A stretch of 64,000 bases of DNA, from positions 1-64,000 of the forward strand of contig JBMORE010000103.1 in NCBI GenBank assembly GCA_049322255.1, given 5' to 3'. The notes beneath the pieces were generated by a model. The model saw nothing but the letters and a program-made list of their open reading frames with translations, had not been told where the DNA came from and did no database searches. Positions 47,397 through 56,710 of the stretch are shown here, one piece after another. Position numbers and translations under genes: made by a program. Source of the stretch: Myxococcota bacterium (lineage in GTDB: Bacteria > Myxococcota > Myxococcia > Myxococcales > Myxococcaceae). Positions within the stretch are counted from its first letter, which is position 1; the number at the start of each line of letters is the position of its first letter.

Positions 47397-48245
47397 TTAT
47401 TGGGAAATGCCGCCCTCGGGGACGAGCTGGGTGCGCAGCTCTCCGCTTGCGTTTCCCACGGTGTGGACGTTGGCGTAGAACAGCCCGGCGTCGAAGGCGG
47501 TCTTTTGCGTCGGCGTCAGCTCCGTCGCGCCTTCGAACTTCCCCGCGCGCAGGCTGGAGTCGGCGTCGACCTTCAGGTTGAAGACGATGGGGCCGTTCGC
47601 GTCCGCCGGCGCCTGGTGCACGTGTGCCGAGCTGCCGGAGATGTCCAACAGGTCGCTCTGCAGATTCTGAAAGCGGCCGGTCACCACCAGCACCCTCCCC
47701 ACCACTTCCACCGAAAGCACCCCGGTGGCGGGAGTGGACACCGACGGCACCTCCTCAGCCCCGGTCAGCGTCGCTTCGAAGGTGAAGCGCGGGGGCTGAA
47801 TCTCGGTGAGCTGCACGCGCAGCTCTCCTTGGGGGTCTTGGGCGCTGTGCACGTCGAGGTACATGCCTCCGTCGCGGAAGGCGGTGACCTGCTCATCGGT
47901 GAGCTCGGCCACGACCCGCAAGGTGCCCGAGCGGCGATTCACACTCGTCACCGCGACGTTGACCGCGATGGGCCCGCTTTTCCCCACCGGCGCCTGGTGC
48001 AGGTGGGCCGCGCTCCCCTCGACGGCGAAGAGGTCGCTCTCCAGGCCGGTGAAGGTGCCGGTGAGCTCGAGCCGTCGGCCCTCGAGGAGCGCCTCCACCG
48101 TTCCCGTCGCCGCCGTCGCCACCGGCGGCACCTCGTTGGCCCCGGAGAGCACCGCCGCCACGCGCAGGTTCTCGTCGCCGCCGCAGCCCACCAAGAAGAG
48201 CACCACGTACGCCACCGCTCCCAGCCACCCGCCGATTCGCAGCAC
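47397..48245 (-). CDS. Tandem CHRD-domain lipoprotein
   Basis: LVGC lipobox; two LSG/LTGAxEVP...AH(L/V)H...GPI...Y(x)(D/N)VH(S/T)...GELR units. Confidence 0.9.
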   Translation of the reverse strand: MLRIGGWLGAVAYVVLFLVGCGGDENLRVAAVLSGANEVPPVATAATGTVEALLEGRRLELTGTFTGLESDLFAVEGSAAHLHQAPVGKSGPIAVNVAVTSVNRRSGTLRVVAELTDEQVTAFRDGGMYLDVHSAQDPQGELRVQLTEIQPPRFTFEATLTGAEEVPSVSTPATGVLSVEVVGRVLVVTGRFQNLQSDLLDISGSSAHVHQAPADANGPIVFNLKVDADSSLRAGKFEGATELTPTQKTAFDAGLFYANVHTVGNASGELRTQLVPEGGISQ

Positions 48246-48342
48246 CGTCCCCTCCTCGCTCACTCTCGTCGCCGGCAAGGCTGGGCACCGGCTTCAGTGA
48301 AGGCAATGCGCCGTGGCCAGCCAAGTTGCGTGAACAACACAA

Positions 48343-48613
48343 TCACTCGTCGCTGTCACCACTCTCCAACCGCTCGACGTCGGCAAGATCCTGAAGCCGA
48401 CCTGTCGCACGCTTGTTTTTGATCAGGAGCCTTCGCGAAAGCACATGATCGGTAGGCGCGGGTCGCATTCTCGCGCGATGGCCGGATCCAAATATCCAGG
48501 TCCTTGGTCGCCCGGATGTGTCCATGCGCAGCGAGCGCGTGCGCGCCGACGACGAGGAAGTGGACCTCAAGGTCGTCGAACGCGCGCAACAGATCGACGA
48601 AGTCTTGGTTCAC
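48343..48613 (-). pseudogene. Nucleotidyltransferase gene with internal deletion/frameshift
   Basis: N-terminus VVGAHALAAHG..RATKDLD in one frame; C-terminus LIKNKRATGRLQDLAD in another; middle missing. Confidence 0.7.
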
Positions 48614-48773
48614 GCTCTTCCTCCGAACGCCACGCGAGGCACTCGACTGTTAGCGTCCACACCGCCTCGATACGCTCTTCCATTGTCGATGGACGCACCC
48701 GGAGAGCCGACGGCTGCGCCTGTCGCCGTTCAACGCGAATCGTCTTCGGGGGGCGCGCATCGTCGTGGAACAC
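48567..48773 (-). CDS. Small partner protein upstream of the nucleotidyltransferase
   Basis: EERIEAVWTLT...EPRLRRSVARVRR overlapping the NTase start; start uncertain. Confidence 0.5.
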   Translation of the reverse strand: MFHDDARPPKTIRVERRQAQPSALRVRPSTMEERIEAVWTLTVECLAWRSEEEREPRLRRSVARVRRP

Positions 48774-48915
48774 CTCAACATCATAAGCAGAAGGAGCCGC
48801 GCTCCCAAGGGCATGGCAGTCTACGAGGGCAGATTGGGTGTCCACCGAAGCACGGGTACGCCTCGGCCGGCGCAAGCGCCTCTCTTCGTAATTGTCGCCG
48901 TGTTAGCGTCTGAAC

Positions 48916-49496
48916 GTGCCTAAGACAATCGTCGTCCTGGGAGTTCTCGTCAGTCTTTCCTGTGCGGCGAAGGACGTTGACCCGTGCGTCGCGAGTCTGA
49001 ATCGAGTTATTGACCGGGATGCAAATGAAGAAGCGCCCAAACGTGCGGTCCACTCTTTGGCGAGGCCGATTTTCGGCGGCATTGGGCGGCATTCGAGCGC
49101 GCCTGGCCTGCGCTGTTCCAGTACGAGCCGCCCGATGAGCGAAAAGAAGGCATGTCCCAGTTGCAGGAATTGTCCGACGCGGGCACGAAAGGCACGTTCC
49201 GCTTGCAGAAACTGCCCGGCGCGGGCCCGGAGGGAATTGTTGTGTTCGGCGCGATACCTCGCGAGGTCGTCGTCCAGCAATTGGAGGGTCTGCGTGATGA
49301 AGCCCGCGCGTGTCACGGTTCCACGGATGGGTTCGAGGTGAAGTTCGTCGTTATGAGTGCCGGACAAAGCACCAGTGGCCGTGTTTCTCCTCCTGCTGCA
49401 AAGGCGGAGGAGTGCATCATGCCTCTGCTGAAGTCGCTCAAGCTGCCAAGGCCCAAGGGAGGCGGACTCACCATCGTGACGTGGCAGGTTCGCTGA
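48916..49496 (+). pseudogene. Frameshifted lipoprotein with AgmX/PglI-like (TonB-like) C-terminal domain
   Basis: LSC lipobox in one frame; protein-like continuation TCGPLFGEADF...LPRPKGGGLTIVTW in another frame from ~49035. Confidence 0.6.
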
Positions 49497-49510
49497 CACC
49501 GAAAGACGCC

Positions 49511-50656
49511 GTGCCCGAACGCCTCCCCCTCTTTGCCACCGCCGCCCGCGGCACTGAAGACCTGCTCGTCGCCGAGCTGGAGGCGCTGGGCGGCAAGAAA
49601 ATCCGCCAGGACCGCGGCGGGGTGCGCTTCTTCGCCAACCTGAACGAGGCGCTGCGTATCTGCCTGTGGACCCGGCTGGCGATGCGGGTGCTCTATCCTC
49701 TGGGTGAAAGCAATGCCCACGGGGCCCAAGGCCTCTATGACGCCGCCGCCCGCGTGCCCTGGGAAGAGCACCTCACTACCCGTTCAACTTTCGCGGTGGA
49801 GAGCACGCTCAAGGACTCGGAGCACGCCCACTCAGGCTTCGTCTCCCTCAAGGTGAAGGACGCCATCGTCGACCGCCTGCGCGACAAGCTGGGCGCACGC
49901 CCCGACGTCGACACCCGCCACCCCACGGTGCGGGTGGTGGCGCACCTCGCCAAAGAGCGCCTCTCGCTCTCGCTCGACTTGGTGGGCGAGCCGCTTCACC
50001 GCCGGGGTTACCGCATCCAGACCACTCCCGCGCCGCTGAAGGAGACGCTGGCCGCCGCGCTGTTGGCCGCCGCTGGCTACACCGGAGAGGAGCCCTTCGC
50101 CGACCCCTTGTGCGGCTCGGGCACCTTGGTCGTCGAGGCGGGCCTCATCGCCACCCGCACCGCCCCCGGGCTGCGGCGTTCCTTCGCCGTCGAGCGCTGG
50201 CCGCACCTGGGCAAAACAGCCCGCGCCGCCCTCGATGAGCTGCGCGCGGAGGCGAAAACGTCGCAGCGTCCCGCGCCCTTCCTCCTCCTGGGCCGTGACC
50301 GCGACGCGGAGGCGCTCGATGCTGCCCGCAGAAACGCCGCCGCCGCCGGGCTGTCAGGCGCCGTCCGCTTCGAGGAGGCCGACGCCACCTTGGCCGCACC
50401 GCCGCCGGGCCCGGGCGGGCTCTTGGTTTCCAATCCGCCCTACGGCGACCGTCTCACCGCCGGCGGACAAAAAGGCATGAAGACGTTCTACTTCAAGCTC
50501 GGCGAGGCCCTGGCCCAATGGAAGGGCTGGCGCATGGAGCTATTGGCAGGCAACGAAGCCTTCGAGAGCGCCTTTCACGCCCGTCCCACGAACCGCCGCA
50601 AGCTGTGGAACGGGCCCATCGCCTGCACCCTGCTCTCCTACGGGCCCCGGACTTGA
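49511..50656 (+). CDS. THUMP-domain SAM-dependent RNA methyltransferase (RlmL-like)
   Basis: LHRRGYR, APLKETLAA, DPLCGSGT, SNPPYG. Confidence 0.92.
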   Translation: MPERLPLFATAARGTEDLLVAELEALGGKKIRQDRGGVRFFANLNEALRICLWTRLAMRVLYPLGESNAHGAQGLYDAAARVPWEEHLTTRSTFAVESTLKDSEHAHSGFVSLKVKDAIVDRLRDKLGARPDVDTRHPTVRVVAHLAKERLSLSLDLVGEPLHRRGYRIQTTPAPLKETLAAALLAAAGYTGEEPFADPLCGSGTLVVEAGLIATRTAPGLRRSFAVERWPHLGKTARAALDELRAEAKTSQRPAPFLLLGRDRDAEALDAARRNAAAAGLSGAVRFEEADATLAAPPPGPGGLLVSNPPYGDRLTAGGQKGMKTFYFKLGEALAQWKGWRMELLAGNEAFESAFHARPTNRRKLWNGPIACTLLSYGPRT

Positions 50657-50678
50657 AATCTCGGGCCGGTCTTCCCTA

Positions 50679-52175
50679 GTGTGCCCCGCCTTGTCCTTCA
50701 CCCTGTCACCACGCCCCGACCTGCCGCCTTTCGCGCTGGAGCCGCTGCCGCAGGAGCTGCAGCTGACCAACCCCGGCTTCGACGTGCTGCTGGGGCAGGT
50801 CATCGACGGCCGTTACCGGGTGCTCGAACCGATCGGCGGTGGAGGCATGGGGCGGGTGTACCGCGCGGTGCAGCTCGAGCTCGATCGCCCGGTGGCGCTC
50901 AAGGTCGTGCACGCCACCGACCCGGCCTTCCGCGACCGCTTCCTCTTCGAGGCGTCGCTGACCTCGAAGCTGCGCCACCCCAACACGGTGACGGTGTTCG
51001 ACTACGGCTGCACCCCTGCGGGCACCCTTTACCTGGTAATGGAGTACCTTGAGGGGCAAACCCTCGCCGAGCTCGTCTGCGCCCAAGGAGCGCTGCCCTG
51101 GCAACGGGTGCTGGGCATTGGCCAGCAGATTGGCCGGGCGGTGCGCGAGGCACATCAGCTCGGAGTGGTGCACCGGGATATCAAGCCCGCCAACGTGATG
51201 CTCCTGTCGACGAAAGAGGACCACGACGTGGTGAGGGTGCTCGACTTCGGGCTGGTGAAGTCGTTCGACCGCGAGCGCGCGCGAAGCGACCGAGCCCTCA
51301 CCGAACAGGGCCTGGTGATGGGCTCGCCCCTATACCTGGCCCCGGAGCAGGTTCAACACCACCCGGTCGACCCACGCAGCGACATCTATTCCCTGGGGGT
51401 GGTGCTGTACGAGGCGCTCTGCGGCACCCCGCCGTTCCGCGGGCGGTACGACCTCGACGTCTTGCTCAAGCACGTGAACGACCCGGTGCCTCCGCTGCCC
51501 GCCAAAGTTCCTGCGGCGGTGCGACGCTTGGTAATGCGCTGCCTGGAGAAGGACCCGGCGGCGCGCTTCCAGACGATGGAGGAGCTGCTGGTGGCGATGT
51601 CCAACGCCCGCGACGCTCGCTCCAAGCTTCTCCGTTCTGTCGTTTTCCTGGGGGCCACCCTGGGCATCGCGGGGGCGGGGGTACTGGCAGGGCGTCTGAC
51701 GGCGGGAACGAAAGTGGAGTCCACCCCCCAAGCGCTTCTTCATGCCGCGGTGCCCGCCGTCACTCGACCGGAGCGCGTTCAGTTCTCCATCGACAGCCAG
51801 CCTTCGGGAGCGCGGGTGATGCTTCAAGGCAAGACGCTGGGCACCACCCCGGTGAAGTTCGACCTCCCGCCGGGAGCCGATGGAGTGGCGCGGGCGGAGT
51901 TGCTGCTGACCCGCCGAGGCTACTTGCCGCTCACCGTCGCCGCCGGGGGAACGGGGCCGCACATCGAATTGGTGCAAAAGCTCCAGCGCGCCAAGACATC
52001 CAAGCGCCCGAGCCGCGTCCACGCCAAGCGCGCGCGTGTGAAGCAACCCCCTTCGAACGAAATCCGCCGGTCGGGCAAGAGGCGGGCATCACACCTTCCG
52101 CTCGGTCCGCCGCCACAGGCGCACGAGGTTTCCCCTGTGGGTGAAGAGCATCAGCGCGAAGAGCAACCCCGCTAA
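50679..52175 (+). CDS. Hanks-type Ser/Thr kinase with TM and PEGA-like domain
   Basis: GGGGMG, VALK, HRDIKPAN, DFG, APE, DIYSLG; SQPSGARV...GTTP. Confidence 0.93.
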   Translation: MCPALSFTLSPRPDLPPFALEPLPQELQLTNPGFDVLLGQVIDGRYRVLEPIGGGGMGRVYRAVQLELDRPVALKVVHATDPAFRDRFLFEASLTSKLRHPNTVTVFDYGCTPAGTLYLVMEYLEGQTLAELVCAQGALPWQRVLGIGQQIGRAVREAHQLGVVHRDIKPANVMLLSTKEDHDVVRVLDFGLVKSFDRERARSDRALTEQGLVMGSPLYLAPEQVQHHPVDPRSDIYSLGVVLYEALCGTPPFRGRYDLDVLLKHVNDPVPPLPAKVPAAVRRLVMRCLEKDPAARFQTMEELLVAMSNARDARSKLLRSVVFLGATLGIAGAGVLAGRLTAGTKVESTPQALLHAAVPAVTRPERVQFSIDSQPSGARVMLQGKTLGTTPVKFDLPPGADGVARAELLLTRRGYLPLTVAAGGTGPHIELVQKLQRAKTSKRPSRVHAKRARVKQPPSNEIRRSGKRRASHLPLGPPPQAHEVSPVGEEHQREEQPR

Positions 52176-52670
52176 CAGCGAATAGGGCAGCAGGCGCTGG
52201 TGGAAGAAAGCCACCGCGACCGCGGTCAGCCCGCCGGCAAGCGAGCCAATCGAGCTCACCCGGAAGGCGGCCACCAGGGCGACGTAGACGATGGCACCTG
52301 CCAACGCGGCCCAAGGGAGCAGCACCCCCAGCACCCCCAACGCCGTCGCCACCCCTTTTCCCCCTTTGAGCCGAAGCCATACCGGGAAGACATGGCCGAT
52401 GAATGCCGCCAGCCCAGTGGCCGCGTGCACCCACGGCTCGGCAGGGAGAAGCCGCGCGGCAACGAGCACCGGGAGCGCGCCCTTGGCCGCGTCGAGCACG
52501 AGCACCACCGCCCCCACCTTCTTCCCCGCCACCCGGGCCACGTTGGTGGCGCCGATGTTGCCGCTGCCCTCGGCCCGCACGTCCTTCCCCTTGAGAGCGC
52601 GGGTGAGCAGCACTCCGAAGGGAATCGAGCCGGCCAGGTAGCCGGCAGCCACCAGGAGCGCGGGCTCCAT
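52089..52670 (-). CDS. plsY: Glycerol-3-phosphate acyltransferase
   Basis: YLAGSIPFG, GSGNIGATN, D..KG, GHVFP...GGKGVA, HRGN. Confidence 0.95.
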   Translation of the reverse strand: MEPALLVAAGYLAGSIPFGVLLTRALKGKDVRAEGSGNIGATNVARVAGKKVGAVVLVLDAAKGALPVLVAARLLPAEPWVHAATGLAAFIGHVFPVWLRLKGGKGVATALGVLGVLLPWAALAGAIVYVALVAAFRVSSIGSLAGGLTAVAVAFFHQRLLPYSLLAGLLFALMLFTHRGNLVRLWRRTERKV

Positions 52671-52672
52671 CT

Positions 52673-53101
52673 TCAGAGCAGCTCGGGGAAGCGGGTGCGC
52701 ACCACCACGAACGCCCAGTTGAGCAACAGCGCGATGACCAACGCTACGCGCAGCACCCGCCACTCTTTGGGCGAGAAGGACACTTCGGGAACGGGCAGCT
52801 TGAACGCCAGGTGCAAGAGGGCGAGCAGCGCCGCCAGCGCGAACGACAGGCCGGCGAGGGTTCCCAGTGGGTTTGCCTCCAGCGCGCCCAAGAGGTTCCC
52901 GTGGGAGAGCCGGTCGGCCGCACGGGTGAGCCCGCAGCCTGGGCACGGCCAGCCGGTCGTCTTTCGCAAGGGGCAACCCCAGAAGGGAATCCACTTCGCC
53001 ACTGGTACGAAGCGGGCGATCAACAGGCCACACAGCCCGGTGATGCCCAGGGCGTCAATGAAGCCGATGGAGCGGTTGGGCTTGGGCCAGGTGAGGGTCA
53101 T
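52673..53101 (-). CDS. DUF2752-family membrane protein
   Basis: CPLRKTTGWPCPGCGLTRA...NPLG. Confidence 0.88.
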   Translation of the reverse strand: MTLTWPKPNRSIGFIDALGITGLCGLLIARFVPVAKWIPFWGCPLRKTTGWPCPGCGLTRAADRLSHGNLLGALEANPLGTLAGLSFALAALLALLHLAFKLPVPEVSFSPKEWRVLRVALVIALLLNWAFVVVRTRFPELL

Positions 53102-53113
53102 CGCGCGCGCATG

Positions 53114-54085
53114 CTACCCACGAGCGCCCGCGCCGACCATCACCGCCACGGCGATGCCTCCTATACACGCGCAGCACGCGAGGATGAGGACGAGGCCCAG
53201 CACTCCGCCGATCGCCCGGGGAATGGTCGTCTCCTGCACGCAGTAGATGCCCCACACCTGGAGCACGATGATGTAGATGCCAAGCAGCCCGCCCACCACC
53301 GGAACCCACGCCAGCACCACCGGAGCGCTCGAGTACCCCACCACCCGCGCGGTGGCGGTGAAGCCGTTCTTCGCTGCCCCGAAGATGAGACAGCCCAGGT
53401 GCACGAACGCTGCGCCGATGATGAACGAGAGCGGATAGAGCAGCACCCCGCCCAAAAGCGCCATCACCGCGAGGGTGGTGGTGTTGCCCATCAGCCACTG
53501 GAGGCCCTGTTCGACCACAGGAGGTAGGTCGCGGGCTTTGTCCAGAATCTGTTCCAGCTGCCCCCGCATCCCGCCCAGGTTGAGCAGGTTCATCGGGAAC
53601 TGCAGCGCCGCTCCGATGACGTTCATCATCCAGCCGTAAAGGAACGCATCGCTCAACGGGCCGTCCGGGCGCACCGAGGGCCAGAATTTCTCCCCGGAGA
53701 GAATGGTCAGCTTCCAGGTCTGCCACAGCGCCTGGAAAAGCCCCAGCTCGCCGCGACGCTCCCACGGGGTGGGCTCCCGCGACACACCGCCACCCATCAG
53801 CGGCTGGCACGCGGGGCAGAAGGCGCTCGTCCCGTTCTGGCTGCACTCGGGGCACATGAAGGTGCCGCAGCGTGTGCAGGTGCCGCTCGCCGCTTTCTCC
53901 GGATGGCGCGGACAGGCGGCTCCCGCGGGAGGAGGTGTGGCGCCCGTCGACGGCGGCGAGGCTCCCGCAGGCGGTTCGCTCGGCCCTGCCGGAACGTTGA
54001 TTTGCTTTCCGCACGTCGGGCAGAACTGCACGCCCCCTTTTTCGGCGGTGAAAATGTGCGTGCAGTACGGGCAGCGAGCCTGCAT
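53114..54085 (-). CDS. Zinc-ribbon / B-box-like / YIP1-like membrane protein
   Basis: CPYC..CPTC; CPRHP...CTRCG.FMCPEC; TPWE; about 5 TMs. Confidence 0.78.
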   Translation of the reverse strand: MQARCPYCTHIFTAEKGGVQFCPTCGKQINVPAGPSEPPAGASPPSTGATPPPAGAACPRHPEKAASGTCTRCGTFMCPECSQNGTSAFCPACQPLMGGGVSREPTPWERRGELGLFQALWQTWKLTILSGEKFWPSVRPDGPLSDAFLYGWMMNVIGAALQFPMNLLNLGGMRGQLEQILDKARDLPPVVEQGLQWLMGNTTTLAVMALLGGVLLYPLSFIIGAAFVHLGCLIFGAAKNGFTATARVVGYSSAPVVLAWVPVVGGLLGIYIIVLQVWGIYCVQETTIPRAIGGVLGLVLILACCACIGGIAVAVMVGAGARG

Positions 54086-54163
54086 GTCCCCTCCACGAGA
54101 GGCTCGCGACTCTACGGGCCGCGGCTTGATCGCTCAAAGTCTTTTGGGCTAACCACCGCGGCC

Positions 54164-54619
54164 ATGAAAACGCTCTTTGCCCTCGTCCTTTTCGCCAGTC
54201 TGACGGCCCTCGCGGGCGCCCCCCAAGCCGCCGAGCCGGTGCTGCGAGGAGAGAAGCTCAAGGGCGCTCCCGGAGTGACGCTGGCCGAGCTCTTGAAGAC
54301 TCCCGAGGCCTACGTGGGCAAAACGGTGGCCCTGGAGGCGAAGGTACAAAAGGCCTGCAGCAGAAAAGGCTGCTGGATGGAGCTCTCCGACGGCGGCAAG
54401 GCCCCCGGCGTGCGCGTCACCTTCAAGGACTACGGCTTCTTCGTCCCGCTGGACGCTGCGGGTTCCTCCGCCAAGGTGGAGGGCGAGGTGAAGATCAGAG
54501 AGCTCTCCGAGAAGATGGCCAAGCACTACGAAGAGGAAGGTGCCACCATCCCCCGCGGCAAGGACGGCAAGCCACGCGAGGTGACGCTGGTGGCCTACGG
54601 CGTCGAGCTGCGCCGGTAA
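54164..54619 (+). CDS. DUF4920-family secreted protein
   Basis: Signal peptide; CSRKGCWMEL...VTFKDYGFFVP. Confidence 0.88.
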   Translation: MKTLFALVLFASLTALAGAPQAAEPVLRGEKLKGAPGVTLAELLKTPEAYVGKTVALEAKVQKACSRKGCWMELSDGGKAPGVRVTFKDYGFFVPLDAAGSSAKVEGEVKIRELSEKMAKHYEEEGATIPRGKDGKPREVTLVAYGVELRR

Positions 54620-55126
54620 TTGGCCCGCAGCTACACCATGCGCGGAGTGCAGGGCGCCGCCGATCGCGCGGTGAGCCTCGCCCACGTCTACTTGCGCGCG
54701 CTCGATCCGCTCTGCCGCATCCACGACGTACAGTCCGACCCGCGCTTCATGCACCGCGGAGTGGATTTGCTCTGGGAGCGCGAAGGCGAGCAAGTGGTCG
54801 GAGTGGAGGTGAAGGGCGACCGCCACGGGCGCAGGGGCAACTACTTCTTCGAGCTGGTCTCCAACCTGGAGAAGGACACCCCGGGGTGCTTCCTCTACAG
54901 CGTCGCCGACGTCCTTTTGTACGTGTTCCTCGAGAAGCGCGAGGTGCACGAGCTGCCCTTGCGCGCGGTGCGGGAGTGGTTCTTGGCGCGGGCGAAGAAT
55001 TACTCGCTCAAGAGCACCCAAACCCGCACCGGCACGGCGATGTACACCACCGTGGGCGCGGTAGTGCCGGTGAAGGACGTGCACGCCGCCGGGTTAGGGG
55101 TGAGAAAGACGCGGGTGACAATCTAG
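54620..55126 (+). CDS. Putative PD-(D/E)xK nuclease-fold protein
   Basis: GVDL...VEVKGD...NYFFELVSN...PGCF; TTG start abuts upstream stop. Confidence 0.65.
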   Translation: MARSYTMRGVQGAADRAVSLAHVYLRALDPLCRIHDVQSDPRFMHRGVDLLWEREGEQVVGVEVKGDRHGRRGNYFFELVSNLEKDTPGCFLYSVADVLLYVFLEKREVHELPLRAVREWFLARAKNYSLKSTQTRTGTAMYTTVGAVVPVKDVHAAGLGVRKTRVTI

Positions 55127-55146
55127 CTCTGACGCCCGCGCTCGGC

Positions 55147-55536
55147 TTACCCAAACCGCTGCGACGCGAGGAAGGCCCTGGCGAGGGACTCGAACTCCAC
55201 GGCCGAAGCGAGCGCTTGCTCCGCCTCTTCTCGGGTGACGGTGATGAAGCGCCGGTAGTCCCCCGCGAGCCGCTGCCGCTCGAGCTCGGCAAAGATTTCC
55301 GCGGCCCTGACCGAAATCCTTCCCCGCTGAACGAGCTCGGACCCGAGGAGCGCCTTGGCGCCTGCGTGCGAGCGAGGCTCCTGACCGACGATCAAGAGCA
55401 ATGCCGTGGTGAGATGGAAGACTGCGTAGTACGCCCGGTTCACCGCGTCGGGGTACCCCTGAAGGTCGATGAGGGCCCGGGCCATCCGCAACAGCCGCTC
55501 CGCATTGGCCAGCTCATCAGCAACGCTCTCTTTCAA
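55147..55536 (-). CDS. HEPN-domain protein
   Basis: AVNRAYYAVFH, RSHAG, RLAGDY; start uncertain (TTG 55536 or CTG 55551). Confidence 0.85.
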   Translation of the reverse strand: MKESVADELANAERLLRMARALIDLQGYPDAVNRAYYAVFHLTTALLLIVGQEPRSHAGAKALLGSELVQRGRISVRAAEIFAELERQRLAGDYRRFITVTREEAEQALASAVEFESLARAFLASQRFG

Positions 55537-55547
55537 GTTCGACGGGC

Positions 55548-55895
55548 TCAGGCAGAAACTCCCTCGCGCGTCACATCGAGCGCGAAGCCGACCTCGCGAC
55601 TCCGCAAGAATTCGAGCTCCTCGGTGGACATCACCTGCAAAGAAAGGGGCGCCCCGGTGTCGAGCATCACCCTGACCTCGATTCGCGTGACCTCGCTTTG
55701 TTCGGCCCGCGTGCATCCACGGATCACCACGAGCACATCCACGTCCGAACCGACGTGCGGTTCCCCTCGAGCCCACGATCCGTAGAGCCACACTCCGGTC
55801 AGCCTCTCACCAAAGCGCGCGGCGAGCCGTCGCTTCAACTCGCGTACTGGCTCGGAGACGATGGGTGGCAAAGACTCGAGAGATCGAGGCTCCAT
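55548..55895 (-). CDS. Minimal nucleotidyltransferase (MNT)
   Basis: LYGSWARGE....SDVDVLVV. Confidence 0.9.
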   Translation of the reverse strand: MEPRSLESLPPIVSEPVRELKRRLAARFGERLTGVWLYGSWARGEPHVGSDVDVLVVIRGCTRAEQSEVTRIEVRVMLDTGAPLSLQVMSTEELEFLRSREVGFALDVTREGVSA

Positions 55896-56085
55896 GACGA
55901 AGAAAGCTAGTCGCTTGCTCGCCAGGACCGCAATGAGGTGTCCGGGACACGGAGCAAACCGAGCTTTCGGGCCGACGCTCGCTCGCCAGGAGGCCCACTT
56001 TCATCGCCCGCCGCCCATTCCCAGCCTTGGGCCATCGCGGCGCGACGAGAGGCCGATGCTTCGGCCTCCAAGAGGAGGGAAAAAG

Positions 56086-56649
56086 ATGAGAGCGAAGACG
56101 ATGACGGGAGTGTGGGCGGCGGTCTTGGTCCTCGCCGCCCCGGCGTGGGCTGCTCAGAAAGAGAAAACCGCACAGAAGGAGATGGAGGCCATCAAGGCGA
56201 CTACCGCCGAGTTCATCAAAGCTCATAACCGGCACGATGCGGCCGCGATGGCGGCGCACTGGGTGGAAGATGGGACGTTCATTCACCCGGATGGGAAGAT
56301 GGCCAAGGGTCGAGCAGCAATTGAGCGCCTCCTCTCAGAGGAGCACGCCTCGCCGATGATGAAGGACTGCACCGCGACAGCCGAGGTGAAAGATCTTCGG
56401 CTGGTTCGGCCCGACCTCGCGTTCGTCGACTTGGAGATGCGGGTTCGGGGGATGAAGCGGCCCGACGGGAGTCCTCTGCCGGAACAAATCAGCCATGTGT
56501 CCCTGCTGGCGGAAAAGAAGGCCGGCAAGTGGCTGGTGCTCGACGCGCGGCCTTACTACTTCGTCGATCTCGCCGCGATGGGCGTCGGCGGAGCCGGTGA
56601 GCAGCCCTACCAGGAAGAGAAGCCGAAAGAGGAGCCCGTGCAGCAGTAG
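56086..56649 (+). CDS. Secreted SnoaL/NTF2-like (SgcJ/EcaC-type) protein
   Basis: AGGAGG RBS; signal peptide; AHNRHDA..MAAHW.EDG...GRAAI...GKWLV. Confidence 0.82.
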   Translation: MRAKTMTGVWAAVLVLAAPAWAAQKEKTAQKEMEAIKATTAEFIKAHNRHDAAAMAAHWVEDGTFIHPDGKMAKGRAAIERLLSEEHASPMMKDCTATAEVKDLRLVRPDLAFVDLEMRVRGMKRPDGSPLPEQISHVSLLAEKKAGKWLVLDARPYYFVDLAAMGVGGAGEQPYQEEKPKEEPVQQ

Positions 56650-56663
56650 CCAGCGCTGGACCG

Positions 56664-56710
56664 GAGACGCCTTCGCCTCCCGTGACGCGGGGGCGTCTCG
56701 CCTTTTTTTT
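56664..56710 (+). terminator. Intrinsic terminator
   Basis: GAGACGCCTTCGC / GCGGGGGCGTCTC stem followed by T8. Confidence 0.75.

Noticed and set aside
48301..48340. Sigma54 promoter upstream of the CHRD gene
   Set aside because: The TGG...TTGC-like candidates have GG-to-GC spacing of 11 or 12, not 10
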